A DNA stretch of 64,000 nucleotides from Octopus sinensis (Eukaryota), in NCBI RefSeq assembly GCF_006345805.1, contig NC_042997.1, forward strand, positions 29,450,001 to 29,514,000. Direction: 5' to 3'. Position numbers and translations under genes: made by a program. The stretch's first letter is position 1. Every line of letters starts with the position of its first letter. Below the pieces are notes generated by a model. That model searched no databases and had not been told where the DNA came from. It saw only the letters and a program-made list of their open reading frames with translations. Below are positions 11,648 to 26,223 of this stretch, piece after piece.

Positions 11648-12260
11648 TATGTATGTATGTATGTATGCATGTATGTATATGTATATGTATATAGGTATAC
11701 GTTACAGGTCTTTAAAACCTCTAAGGGGTGGTTAATTCCAAAGACACACCTGGCCTGACCCTATACAAATCCTACGCTACCATCTTCAACTAAAAAATAC
11801 CACTTAGCCGAGAACTACTTTAACTACTTACACGTAAACATTCACCTCTCAACCCCCACTCGCTTTACACACCCCATAATAAATTATTTTACACCTACAC
11901 GGGGCTTCCTCCATTACTACGAACTTCCTACAATTTTAAGTACAAAAGGTACATAAATTCCTTACTCACCCCGGACTGAATAATCGGGATAGAGTTAGCT
12001 CCCCTTTTTACGTTGAGTTAGAGTTTACCCCCTTTCTTTACACCGCCGGTGAAAGTCTAGCCAGATTAACACTAGGAAAATATTCTCTTACTTAAACTTG
12101 GGACTACAGATCAAAATAACCTCCATCCTCCATCCACTACGCAGTAGAATTATCAACTAAGGAATCTACTATAATGTAAAACTCACCATTCTTTGTCTTT
12201 ATTCTCGTTACCAATGTATCCCTATGTCTTTCACTCTTCTTACCTCTACATATAACTATG

Positions 12261-12309
12261 CGTTCTGATGATGTCTACCACTACAACTATTAAATAGAAA
12301 CGATCGTAA

Positions 12310-12312
<3 letters not shown>
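12261..12312 (+). ncRNA. Minimal hammerhead motif, intact core
   Basis: CGTT-CTGATGA-(weak stem II)-GAAAC-GATC-GT-A-AATG. Palindromic stem III ACGATCGT and a GUA triplet. Confidence 0.55.
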
Positions 12313-12850
<538 letters not shown>

Positions 12851-13029
12851 ATCTATATATCTATCTATTAATCAGCATATTTATATTTCCCTACCTGTCT
12901 ATCTACCTGCCTAGCTCGCTACACAGATAGATCGATAAACAAACAGACATATATATATTCGATTCGTTTGGTTTCATTTCGTTTCTTCTCTAAGCTGTTT
13001 TATATATATATAATATATATAATATATAT

Positions 13030-13370
13030 ATTGGGACCACGGGCCATACGTCCCCTGCCCAATTCAAGATCACAGCATACATATACACTACAACATAATT
13101 TCTTTTCTTCAACAGGCCCTGTCTTATTTAACATTGTCCCGAAAGAGATCAAAGGGGAACAGGATCCCATCAACTTTAAACGGAGTCTGGATAGATTCCT
13201 TCAAAGAATACCAGACAAGCCACCCATAATTGGATACAACTCACCCAACAAAAATTCACTACTTGAATGGACCATAAGCAAAAATTGACTTAAACAGGAT
13301 TCAAATAATCCTATCAGGTGGTGCTATTAAGTTAGACATGGTCTGGACCAATCATTGGTCGAAACACATT
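13030..13370 (+). mobile_element. CR1/L2-like LINE 3' fragment
   Basis: GPVLFNIVPKEIKGEQDPINFKRSLDRFLQRIPDKPPIIGYNSPNKNSLLEW resembles the CR1-group ORF2 C-terminus. Ends in GGTGGTGC...CATGG...stem-loop-GAAAC. Confidence 0.75.
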
Positions 13371-13867
13371 TTATCTAAGTTTATATATATATATATATAT
13401 ATGGCAAAATTAATAGAGTTCAGAAAAGTGACGGGAGATGTTGGCGAACGCCCTTTCCGCTAAAAATATAAAGTTAAATTAACTCTGAAACCTCCAAGGC
13501 ACTAAACTGATTACAGACAAAGGACGTGGGTAAAGTCCTAACGTACATACCCGAATTGTAATTTTGGCGTAGAACCATAATTCTGATATGCAGCACTTAA
13601 CGCCAAGGGTTAAACTCAGCTTAACTTGTCAATCATATAAGAAACACCATTTAAATCATATGCTGATTTGTGTAAACAGCAAATTAAAAAGGTAGCTTTA
13701 GTGGCCTCAGGGTTATTTTAACTAATATTTTTTGCATGAGCGGTGCCAGCACCATTCGTCGATTTTGTGGCCATTATTAACTTTGCCTTTAGGTGCTAAT
13801 TACTAATAAGCTACGCTTCTAATTTGTTTTATATATATATATAATATATATATGTATACATATACAT

Positions 13868-13884
<17 letters not shown>

Positions 13885-13899
<15 letters not shown>

Positions 13900-14330
13900 T
13901 TATATAAAACAAAACAGTTGGAACAAGAATGTAACAGGCAATCCAGATGTTTAGAAGATACAAAAAAGGAAGGAGGCGTCATTCAGAGCTTTCTACCATC
14001 AGTCGAATTCCAGATTGTCGTTGCAGTTTCGGCCGGTTACACTCGAAGCTGTCCCAATCTGGCCGGCCGAAGAAAATCTAAGGTAAGAGAACTAGATTCT
14101 TTGGAAGGAAGACAGTAAATGTATACGAAATCAGGGACGGAAATCACGGAGGAATGTTACACATTTACAAATACAAGCAACAGGACATTAACAACAACAG
14201 GTATCTTTCGATTAAGGGTGAATTAAATTAAGCTAGCGTGTGTTGACATGGGGCCTTACGGTAGGAACATAAGTTGAATGCCATAGGAAGGATTATAAGA
14301 GATGGTACACAGATGGTACGTCCTTGTTCC
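13885..14330 (-). repeat. Interspersed repeat with degenerate hammerhead-like motif
   Basis: Minus strand near 14085-14010: AGATTTTC...GGCC(N)GGCC-GAAAC-TGCA...GACAATCT. Stem I/II-like pairings remain but the CUGANGA core is lost. Confidence 0.35.
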
Positions 14331-17299
14331 ATTTTGCTGTGTTTTTTATTTATATAAATATAGCTGCGTACGTACACTTTTGGTCTCCTGTATGTATATA
14401 TATATCTATATCTAAATTCTGTACGACTCTTTTACTCTTTCTTTTAGCCACCTTCACACTTTCTTCGTTCTTTCCACTTTTCTTGTTCTCGCTCCCCATC
14501 TCTAACATTTCTTGGCCTTCCATTCATTCTCATCACTTTGCCTCTTATTTCACTTTCCTTTTCTCTCATTCTCAACAATATTTTGAATTCGCCGGTACTG
14601 GATGTTGAATATGAACTGTCTGATACTGATAGTTGGAGAGGTATATTCAATTTTTCCAGTGCCTTCAGATTTAATATCGTGAAGTCCCATGCTCAAGAGG
14701 AAAGTGGTTGGGTAAAGTATGAATTTTGCATTCTTTATACCGATCTAATTCCCAAACTCGTCCATGGGTAATCAAATACCGATTGATTTTCATTAATTTT
14801 CCTCTCTGTCTGCGTGGGTTGTTTCGAGTACTTTGTTTTTGTCCGGGAGTCTCTTCTTATAGTAGAAGAAATAGCTAAGGTTCTTTGGCTGCTATTTCTA
14901 AACTTCGGTATGTGGTGGTAAAGTAAATTTTTGCTGAACCGTAATTATAATTATACACGTAATTATAATATATATATATATATATATCCATAATTTTGTG
15001 TGTATGTGTATGTATCTGAGTGTACATGCAGACAACAAACGAAAACGAAAGAGTCATGTTATGTAGTGGAATCTTGAAATATGATAACTTTTCACGAACT
15101 TCAAGCTTCATGTGTCTTGCTTTTGCCATACCTCATGGCCCGTGTCTGCCGTAGGCGTGACCAGATCGTCCACATATCTAATATTCATGCCGGAAAATGA
15201 AAATTACACATGCTGCAAATTGTGAATGAACTCCGAACTGCAACTAGTCAAGTCTACATTACACATTTTGTGTGTTGTGATTTCCGAAACGGGGAAACAT
15301 TTCATTTATTGTAAATGAGCCAGGTATTCTGGTCCTCACAAAGAAAATATTCCTCGCTTATTCGTGATAACAGTACACTGAAGACGCGAGTTTCACTTGA
15401 AGAAAAATAAATGTTTCTGAAAATGTAGAAACATGTTAAAATATTACTAGCATTAGATTGTGGGTTACAAGTTCTTTCATACTTAAAGGCACCAATAACA
15501 GACACTGTGACTTTCTAAGGTGAGCATCTTTCTCACAGACATATGCGCACAAAAATATTTAGACACATGGTTGCATACACAAACACACCAACGCACGCAC
15601 ACTCACACAAATTAACACAAACATAAAATGCATACATATTTGTGTGTTTAACTATATGCATGCAACACTATAAGATGGTAGTGTAATATAAGGGCATGCG
15701 CGAAATCAAACTCTCATTTTCCATACTGCATTGTTTACGAAAACCACATTTCTCGACGTAGCCTTGGTGGTGAGGACACATCGAATGTCAACAACCTCAC
15801 AAAATCAGGATATAGATCCTTCTACACTGATCACATGCAAGTCTCTGATTATCAGATATCTGATATCGACTGATACACATACCTATATGGAAGCACACAC
15901 ACACTCACACGCACGCACTAACAGATATATATGTATAGATGCCTTTGTGTCTCTCTCTTTTCGTGCAAGTGTGCATATGTACGTGTATTTGTGTGTGTTG
16001 GGGGTAGTTTCTTAGAAGGTTCTATAATATCTCCAGTCTAAAAGCTTCCCAAGTGTCTTCCAAGTGAATTTTGATGGCGTCATCAATTCGACTAAGACTT
16101 TTGATTTTAGAAATCAAAAAACTAATTCTGCATTGAGGTTCCCACTGACTAATTATGTTTTTTCCCTTGGCAGCATATTGTTTGTTTCTCGCAAATAAAG
16201 ACTTGAAATATTGAATAAAATTTGGGAATCGAATCCTTGATATTCTTTCTTCACTGACAGGAAATTAATCGAATCTACCCATTATTCTCTCGCCAGCTAA
16301 AGGCTCCATTCTTATGTTCAAATTTTATATACACACACGCATACATACATTATTGAAAACAAAATAAAAAATGTTTTCACACACATCAAGACGGAAAGGG
16401 ACCTGGGAATGATCAATCTTATCTGCGATGACTATTTTCATTTATTTTTTTGGGGGGAGGGGGGAATTCTAACGTCTTAAATATATATTTTTCTTTCTGC
16501 AGATCGTTACATGTCACATTTATATTTATATATTTCTCAGGTTGTATTGTTGAACTTCATTACTGTTTTTGTTCAGTTTTCATCTAATAATTTAACGTCG
16601 ACTACGTCAACATTTTAACAGTATATATATTTCTTTAAAAAGGGGGAGGGGTATATACATAAGCATTATTTTCTTGTATTATTTTTTAATTCTAAAATGT
16701 CACTGAAAATGGGGCACTCTCTTTTAATTAAATCCAGAAAGGTATTGCGGTTTGTGTTTACCTGAAATGGCACGTTCGTGTGAGACTATAGGTACGTGCA
16801 TGTGTGTGAATTCCATATGGCATTAATGTATTCAGCCCCAGAACCTCAAGTAGAAAATGTTTGCTGAAATTTGTTATAGATATTCACTGTATTTTAATCA
16901 AGTGTATTTGGATATTGTGAATCAGTTTCTGCTAAACAAATTTGGAGGAATCTCTTTTAGTTTTTATGAAGAGAATTTTGTTACCTAATCCAGTGTAACT
17001 ATGGTAATAGATGTAAATTAAGGCCTATTTCCTGAATGTAAGAATATAAAATTTCTCATTAAATCTACACAAATGTACTTTCCATTTCTAGAATGCGAAT
17101 GTTCATATATGCACGTTCTTGAGTTTATTTTTATAATTGTTGAACAAAAGAACAATATAAGTTCCTGACAAGGAAAGAAGACTCATTCATAACAATTTAA
17201 GCAACATCTATCTGAGTATTCTTGTGCGTGTATTCTTTTCCCCTCCATTTCTTTCGCACTCTCTCTCTCCCTCTATCTTTCCCTCTCTCTCTCCCCATC

Positions 17300-17370
17300 A
17301 CTTTCTGTCGAATAGCGTAGGCTGGAAACGCTAAATACTTTTCTATATTTCTCAGGCACGAAATGTATAA
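17300..17370 (+). repeat. Degenerate hammerhead-like repeat (related copy at about 23580-23645)
   Basis: CTTT-CTGTCGA-A-TAGC(GTAG)GCTG-GAAAC-GC-T-AAAT. It shares CGTAGGCT.GAAA with 23599-23610, and its layout matches 380-414. Confidence 0.4.
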
Positions 17371-17964
17371 ACTTGCTGGGTTTTCCTGTTTATTTGAACC
17401 AGATATAAGAACTCCAACGCACTGCTGAATTCCAGATTTGAAATTTTCAGCGGATATATATATATGGATAAGTTCCATTTAATAGATTCGAAAATATCAC
17501 CCTCTCCGTATTGAGCAGATGTACCACAGAATCTAGGTCACCATACATTCAGCCTTATAACTTTAAGGTCAAAGTGTTGATAACTCTATGTCACCTCTTT
17601 TGTATGCTTTCTTCGTTATCGGGTGTTTACAATCTTCCACCATTTACACCTAATTCTTTCTTGCCTTTTCACATATTTTCTCATATCCTTTTGTCTTGTA
17701 CCTTGCTATGCCATGGGGGCAGAGTCTAAGGATTTGTGACAGCATCAGACGTGTTATAAAATGCGACCTGAGTTGTTTGTCATCGTATCAAATTATTAGT
17801 TGCTCAAAGATATATACTGATTTTATCTTATTAAATATTTATTTCTTACAACATTTATTGTTCGTGTTATCATCATAAAGCAGTACATATATACACGCAC
17901 ATACACATACATATGTTTGTGTGTTTCTCTGTGTGTGTCTATTGTCTGCGTATCTGTGTATGCA

Positions 17965-18042
<78 letters not shown>

Positions 18043-18107
18043 GCATATATATATATATATATATCTATATATATATATAGTTGCATATATATATATATAT
18101 ATATAGA

Positions 18108-18163
<56 letters not shown>

Positions 18164-19419
18164 TAGATGCATATATATATACTTACAGTTTCTATATATT
18201 TTTATTCAAGGTTAATCTTAGAGGACCAACACAGTAAAAAGGATGCATTTCGTCGGACACACTGCATGGCGAAACACAACACTTGACTCTTTGAAATGAG
18301 CGATCCCTAACTGTCTAGAAGAAAGAAAGCTCATACAGGAGTAACATATGTGGCTTCGTTTCGATACAAGGATGAATATTTGTTCTTGTTTTGGGGCAAA
18401 TATATGCACTTTCTGAACCTAGCATTTCCTCACTTTTAAAAATCTCCAGGCAAAACGATCGCTCGTATTTTGTTTGTTTTTGAACATATTTACTATACAA
18501 TGCGATATAGGTTCGTAGCTGAAACCAGTAAAACACTTAACTCATCTGTAGTAACTCTGTCAAAAGAAACTTTAAGATGCATTCGTCTTAGCCTCATTCA
18601 TCTAAAAGTGTACACGTTTCTATTAGGGCTGAAAAGCCACATCCATCCAGCATTAAAATTACAATCAAGCGCTGGCATGAGCTGAAATCTGCATGAATTT
18701 ATCAGATATATGTATGTATGTTTTATGTATGTATGCATGCATGTATGTATGCCTGTATGCGTGTATGCATGTATGTACGTAAGTATGTTTGCATGCAAAT
18801 ATGTATGTATGTGTGTATGCATGCATGTATGTATGTAGGTTCGCTTCTGTTTTTTTATATTTAAATTATTTACCTGACGAAAGAGCTGCTTATTAACAGA
18901 ATCAAAAATATGTACTTATTCAATAAGAGGTGGTTTTGTATATTATTTCCAAGGGTCTCTTTTTTACAAATGACATTATATATTGTTTTCGTGACAACGT
19001 TATGTCGTATCGTGAGGTAATATCTTTATAATATTTGGATCAGCTGCTTATGACATGATGTCTTCCAAATAAAAATAACATAATTTACATTCTCGCTTAC
19101 ATCTTTGCGCTCCAAGGATTTCATTGTATCTGTATGTATGTATGTATGTATGTATGCATGCATGCATGTATGTATGTATGTATGTATGTATATATCTATG
19201 CATCTATGATGTATGTCTTATTAAGTTTTATTTCAAGATTTTTTTGCCAATAGAGGAGTCGGTTTCTAACATCGGTCCCAGGTTCTGTCATTTGAATTTC
19301 GACGACATCAACAGGTTATTTTTGAATGTAAGCATGTATATGTGCAACTTTGTATGCTTTGTTTTATATATGTATTCTCATGCATGTAGTTGCATGTCAA
19401 GACACTGTCCATATACACT

Positions 19420-20215
19420 TAAGTGATAAACTTCTGGAAAGTTATACAGATGTATGGAGTTCCAATGATTGCTTGGATCTGTAGTCTTCGAATCAGCTCC
19501 TCTTGTCAAGTTTTGAAAAGCCTAATTCTACCATGTTGTAGATTCTTATTTCTTTGGCCTAAAGGGAATCATCTGACAGCCCTCATTATACATTTTCCTA
19601 GATACAACATCATGTCTGATCGGTAGATAATACTGTGATGACATTTTCTGAAAGTTGCTTATAATGTGGGTGTTATCTTCAAGGTTAACTCCACGAAGTA
19701 TACATCGGTTGTGATATGTTGCTGCTTTTCTTGCGTCTCGGCCCCTTTGTGCATCAGATATTTGATATTTCTTGCTTTTCTATTGCAATCGCATACATTT
19801 CAAACACATTCTGGCACTTCAAACACATTCTGGTCCATTGTTTTATTGAATGTAGGGAGTTCTGAGTTTTAAATTTTGTTTATTCTTAAGTGAAACATGC
19901 TTTGTTGCAGGTCCCATTGTAAGTTATGTATTCATCCACCTCTAGATAAGTGTAACATTCCTCATCAGGTAAACTGTTAAGTCATTGATGGAGATGTTGC
20001 TAATCTAGTTTAGATATTTTCCTCTTTTCACAACCATATAGCAACATTTACCCTGAACAAACGCCATTGCTATATTCTTCATGAATGCTCTAGCCAGGAC
20101 AATGGGTCTTTTAATCTCATGCATATTCTTGGCATATAGACTCAAGTCATCCACAAAATAACTGTGTAATTTTGGTATTTCTGTGAACCAGGGAGATATC
20201 ATTCAGGCTTCCTTG
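19420..20215 (-). pseudogene. Degraded RT fragment of an R4/CRE-type (RLE) LINE
   Basis: ORF 20005-20202 reads HSYFVDDLSLYAKN...MAFVQGKCCYMVVKRGK. This aligns by eye with HLLYMDDLKLYAAN...MKFGLEKCAKVTMKRGK of the 26-29 kb element. Confidence 0.7.
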
Positions 20216-20627
20216 ACATGAACGAAAAGGGATTTACAGAAAGTATAAACAACATCACATTACCTGTGCATATCCAATCACTCATTGGGTTTCATTTTAA
20301 GATGGTGAACAACTATGGCTTTGATTATGCTTTGATTATGCTCACTTATATATATGTTTGTATGTATGTATGTATGCATGTATGCATGTATGCATGTATG
20401 TACAACATCAAACGCAGGTATATGTGTTTGTGCGTGTATATATATATAAATGTGTGTGTGTACAGATGTATATAGTGGCAATTGTGTTAGACACTAGCAA
20501 ATAGACAAATATTAACTCTTACAAAGTTAATAATACACATACAGGTTTATATACATGCATATATATATATACATATATATAAATAAAAACTTACTTGGAG
20601 AAGAGAAACGACGCGTGCGTTCGGTCA

Positions 20628-20727
20628 TATAATAACAATATAATAAATAAATAAAATACATGCATATATACATACATATATGTACATACTTACATCTACA
20701 TGTATAGATACAAGCATATATGTATAT

Positions 20728-20793
<66 letters not shown>

Positions 20794-21300
20794 TATATGA
20801 GTACAGGACACCACAAATAAACGTAGAACACAGCGAGAAACGAAAACATAAAATCAAACGAGGAAACGGAATTTTTTTTAACAACGAAAAAACAGAGTAC
20901 AGGACAAACAATACAAGGAAAATTCCCCTTCATCAGCTGCCCCTGGTTCGACTCAATGCGTGTTTCGAAGGTAAGGACAGTCCTTCCTGCAAAAGGAATT
21001 AAATAAAATTATTTTGCAGAGGGGTAAAACAGGTGACAAGAACAGGACGTAAAAGCAATACAAATGATGAAAAATCAGTAGAAAAAACAGTACAAATAAG
21101 GAATAACAGGACAGGGAACCAACAATAAAGGCTTTTTTAGGACTAGACGGTGGAAACATTAGTTAGTTGAAAAATTATTTGTGGTGTCCTGTACTCATAT
21201 ATATATATATATGCTTGTATATATACATGTAGATGTAAGTATGTACATATATGTATGTATATATGCATTTATTTTATTTATTTATTATATTGTTATTATA
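20628..21300. repeat. Inverted pair of pLTR-like repeats
   Basis: 20628-20820 is the reverse complement of 21175-21300 apart from TA-tract length (GAGTACAGGACACCACAAATAA / TTATTTGTGGTGTCCTGTACTC). Confidence 0.8.
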
Positions 21301-21301
21301 C

Positions 21302-21392
<91 letters not shown>

Positions 21393-21399
21393 AGGAAGG

Positions 21400-22560
21400 A
21401 AATATTAAATATATAAATAATACCACAACTTCAGAATCGCTAATTACAAACGGCACATAATCAAAATATGTATAAAGTCAACACACCATATGCAACTAAA
21501 AATATCACCAGTACCAGTACTTATTCTATATATAACGATCAAACAGGTATAAAACCTAATAAACACCATAACATACACCGAACTGAAAATAATTTTTTAA
21601 ATGCTTCAAAAATATCAGACGATTTCCAAAAATAATTACCACCTATAATAAATTAACAGGTGCGGTAACAGAGAAAGTATTTGGTATACACCTTCAATTT
21701 TTAGAAATGTTAAGGGACTTGCGAAAAGCATTCTGAATGTTGTTAAAAATAGCTATCCTACCCATCATAAACAACAAAATGTCTTCCATAGATCAAATAA
21801 AATATCTTTCTCTACATCCCAATATCGGATCCATTATTGGTTGCTCAAATAATTGAAAATATTAGTAAATATAAATCTAGCCTGACGACTAATACTAACA
21901 GTAATGACGCTAATACCGGAATCAATAACAACCACAGACTTTCAATATAACTGTAATAATAATATAAATATCAGCACACTTCAAAAATTACAAATCATAA
22001 AATCTTATGTTACCCTAGAGAAATTCCAGCATTAATACGCTAACACATAATACACCTAATTCTCTCAACAACACCACATCTCATAACGAACAACAATAAT
22101 ACAGTAGGTCCAATATCTCGAAATCTATTTCCTTTAATTCTTCCATAATTGAACACCAGAATAACCATGAACCTAATTATAACCACACAGCAAAAAATTG
22201 CATATGTAAAAATAAAATAATTATGTCCTTTAGACGGTAAATGCCGAAGGGTGAATGTAATATATAATTGTACAGACTCTAATAAAGCTAGTAAATATAG
22301 TAAGGTGTACACAGGAAGCTCAAATAATTTTGAACGAAGATTTTTTTAGTGCATATAAATTCCTTTAAATCTAACGCCCCCAATAATACTACATTGTTAG
22401 CTGCATATGTATATAAGCAAAGAAATATTAATTTTAAATTATCTTGGTCTATTATCGATGCAGCCAGTCCGTCTAGCCATAAATCACCTCTCTGTAGATT
22501 ATGTGTAACATAATCATTATATATCTTATTTTGCATTCCAATGAATAACTACTTGACATT
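21400..22560 (+). pseudogene. Penelope-like element ORF remnant (RT C-terminal region plus GIY-YIG endonuclease)
   Basis: With frameshifts, 22199-22510 reads CICKNK..CPLDGKCRRVNVIYNCT...KVYTGSSNNFERRF.VHINSFK...LSWSIIDAAS...LCRLCVT. Upstream fragments resemble IWY.P...FAKSILNVVKNSYP. Confidence 0.8.
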
Positions 22561-23426
22561 TAGACACTATCCATAAATTTATTCTCTACTAACGTACCTA
22601 TTTAACAGTAATTATATTTCCATATAATAGCGAAACACTACCTTAACACATTAATACTTTTTAGATCGCTGAGTACTACCTCAATAACTATTATACAAAT
22701 AGTACGCAAACTACCACTAAGGCAACACCAACGTCCGCTCAAAGATTAGGCAGAGATGATTTTTAGAATGAGAATAACTGATATAAACTCGACTGCTCTC
22801 AAAAATGGGAATGCTAAAAATGAACCCGACCGCTCCCAAAAATTAACTAAAAAAAAGCAGGAAAATTAATCCAGAATCCTTGTGTGGTCGAGTGGCCTTC
22901 ATTCCATTTTCCATGATATATACTCATCTATTTCATTCGTTTTTCATCCTACTTATGTGTTTGTCTCCTCATGTATTGTTCCTTTTCGTAGCCTATTCCG
23001 GGTAATTAAGAATAAATTTCTACTATTGACATTTACAATTACTATGAAAAACCATACTGGATTACTACTATGAAAATCTCTCAAAACTTGTCGGATTACT
23101 ATATGGATATTTATACAGAATCCCTATGAGTCATATCTATATAACCATGGGTTAGCTAATTTTTATAACCACAGATAAACATTTAGGAACGGTTTTCTTC
23201 CTTTTATATCTTTGAACAATGGTTATGCAGCTTCAATGTTATTATAACTTCCATTTCATTCAGATAAGTTACATAGTCATAAAACGATCGTAAGAATTTT
23301 TATACACTTTCTTATTTCTATTGTACATTCTTAATATAATTATTTACGTGGTAATATAATTCTCAGTGTTAATATACTTCTTGTTGTGACTATTCCAAAT
23401 AAACTTATTCCATTGTCTCATATTCT

Positions 23427-23461
<35 letters not shown>

Positions 23462-23466
23462 TATAT

Positions 23467-23526
<60 letters not shown>

Positions 23527-23744
23527 AAACATTCGTTAGCCACTACACACACATTTTTTTCTCTCCTTGTTTTTTCTGTGTCCCTTACTGTAGTAGAACG
23601 TAGGCTCGAAAGGTAAAAAAAACTTTTTCTATTCCTGAGCATTATATTAATACATGTTTGTTTTGTACACCATCTGTCTTGGTTTTTTTTTTTTCGTAAA
23701 CTCCCCCTATATATAACATTCTCTTATATTACATATTAAATTTC

Positions 23745-23935
<191 letters not shown>

Positions 23936-24949
23936 AATATAATTAAATGCATATGCACATGCTTTAAACTAGTAATAGTAAAAGCAATTCAAATGGGGGC
24001 ACAGCATTTTATTAACTGACACAGGATATATAGATTTACAGACTTGTTGAACAATTACTCCTACTACGATGTCACTAGTGCATATAGCTCGATCGCAAGA
24101 GTTGCAATACCGACTTCAGTGTGTAAAACCCTAGTATGCTGTTTCAAAAAAATTCAGATGTACACTAGGGCACCGGCTTCTTCACAGCTGCTTTCACATA
24201 GTCTTCTAGAAAATCTCGTCTCCAACGAGCGTTGCACATTTTAAGAAAAAGAGATAAATCTGCGGGCACTGATTCAGGGTTGTACGATGGTGAATGAACA
24301 CTGACCACTCTAATTTACATAAAGCCTGTTTTGTTGGAAAAGATATGTGTAGTGGAATAATGTGATGAGGCATAGGAATTGGTTTTAGTGTTTTCTTCGG
24401 TTTCTTCCTTCTAATGACTTCTGTAATAATTCTCTAAGTTTAAGCTTGTTGCTCGACGCTTAAATTGCAGTGACGTTTCAGAAACTGAAGGAGAATATTG
24501 TCTTCTATCCTCAGCGCAAACCACGAAATGATAATCACCATGAATTCTGTGCAGATCCTTCGATATCATATTTCTTGTCTTGAAGAAAATGTGACAGCAT
24601 TCTGTAGATTATCCATACGTTTCCGGAACATTTCGCATACTTTCGCATTTGATCAGTTGATCAAAACAAATATCCACACACCTCTCCATCAAAATCCAGA
24701 GTCGCCTGCCGAAGTATACATTCTACACACACTATTCAATATCTGCTTTCAACCGTTATCTGTAAAGCATTTGTGATGAAGTTCAGTTGAGCAGCGAGAT
24801 CAAAGTTTGTTGCTCGTTTGGTCAGCGCCAAATACTTCCTCCATTTTATAGGGATTGTTGATAGTCGATAGTGTCCCATCCCTGTCGATAGTCTCCCATC
24901 CCGTTATTTGTTGTCAATGCTTAATTCCCCACATTTAAGCTTCTTCATC

Positions 24950-25220
24950 TCTCTTTTTCATATTGGCTTCAAATTGTGGCACAAGGCCGGCAATGTCGAG
25001 AGAGAAGATAAGTCGTCTGCACTGAATCCAATGCTGAACTGGTGGTTACTTTGTCGAACACGAAGGATGAATTGCAAAAATCGACATTGGTGGAATTTGC
25101 ACTCAGAGAATAAAGCGGACAAAATGCTGCTAATCATTTTGCCCCGTGTGCTAGCTATTGTTGCAGCTCTCCGCTTTTTATTACTCGATGTTTGTCAACC
25201 CTGTCATCTCTGTAAACAAC
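24950..25220 (-). mobile_element. Degenerate SINE (family C)
   Basis: ACTTTGTCGAACACGAAGGATGAATTGCAAAAATCGAC resembles ATTTATCGACACCGAAAGGATGAAAGGCAAAGTCGAC of the 62477-62708 copy. Confidence 0.45.
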
Positions 25221-25696
25221 CTTTCGCATTTTTGTTGATAGCGGAGTACTTGCACAATATTTAATGAAGCACGATGTTAATGAATTAATATTTAATTAAG
25301 TTGAACGTCTATAGAGAAAAAGGTATTCGACGAATAATTGCACTTTGAATGACAAATGCCTGTTCTTAAAGAGAAAATTAAGCAAAGTTTTATATTATTT
25401 CCAATATAAATGTCGCATATGAACGTGTGCTTGTGCGCTTGTGTAAAAGAAAATATTAGTAATTTGCTTTTCAAGGCACCAAATTTAACTTATTACTTGG
25501 AATTTAATATTTTAGAATTCACAGCAATACATACACTCAAAGACTGCATTTCTGCTTAATATAATATTTGATAAGATGCAGATGTTACTGAAACTTAAGT
25601 TAAAGAATGAATCAATCAAATTAATCATTTTACCCATAACTTGTTAGTTAATCAATATATGTGTGTATGTGTTACGCGAAATTTATATATTTGTAT

Positions 25697-25739
<43 letters not shown>

Positions 25740-26099
25740 TTGTATTTGTGTGCTATCTGAGTATATTCTACTGTTAAAAAAGAGCATTTCTTATGCAAAT
25801 TCAGAAATCAAGGATCTGGAATTATCCAGTAATCGTTTTGCTAGTTTATTTTGTCTCTTTGTCTTCTCTCCTGGCGCTGTATGAACATTTAATGTGGTTT
25901 TAGAGTCAAAATTTGGCTGCAATTTCCAGCGTGGTGGTATCTCTTAGATACCCTAAATTATAATTATATATATAATAGAGGTGGTACCCGACATTGCCCT
26001 GAAATTCTTCCTTACATATTGAAAGAAAAGGAACAAACTATGTTATATAGGAATTTGCTTTTCTAAGTTCAATTTAATAATAAATCTATTCATAATACA

Positions 26100-26183
26100 A
26101 CATAATAATAATAATAATAATAATAATGATAATAATGATAATAATGATAATAATAATAATAATATTAATAATAATAATAATAG

Positions 26184-26220
<37 letters not shown>
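26100..26220. repeat. (TAA)n microsatellite, 5' flank of the retrotransposon
   Basis: Seen directly in the sequence. Confidence 0.95.

Positions 26221-26223
<3 letters not shown>

Noticed and set aside
14560-14950. Possible coding remnant on the minus strand
   Set aside because: No motif could be assigned in any frame.
15848-15866. 16-bp palindrome TATCAGATATCTGATA
   Set aside because: Isolated and short, so plausible by chance in AT-rich DNA.
24200-24840. GC-richer block possibly from a DNA transposase (MULE or Harbinger)
   Set aside because: Frames are stop-ridden and no catalytic motif could be aligned with confidence.
26126-26220. Poly-Ile N-terminus of ORF 26126-26752 as a signal or membrane segment
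   Set aside because: It is the flanking (TAA)n microsatellite read in frame with the truncated retrotransposon.
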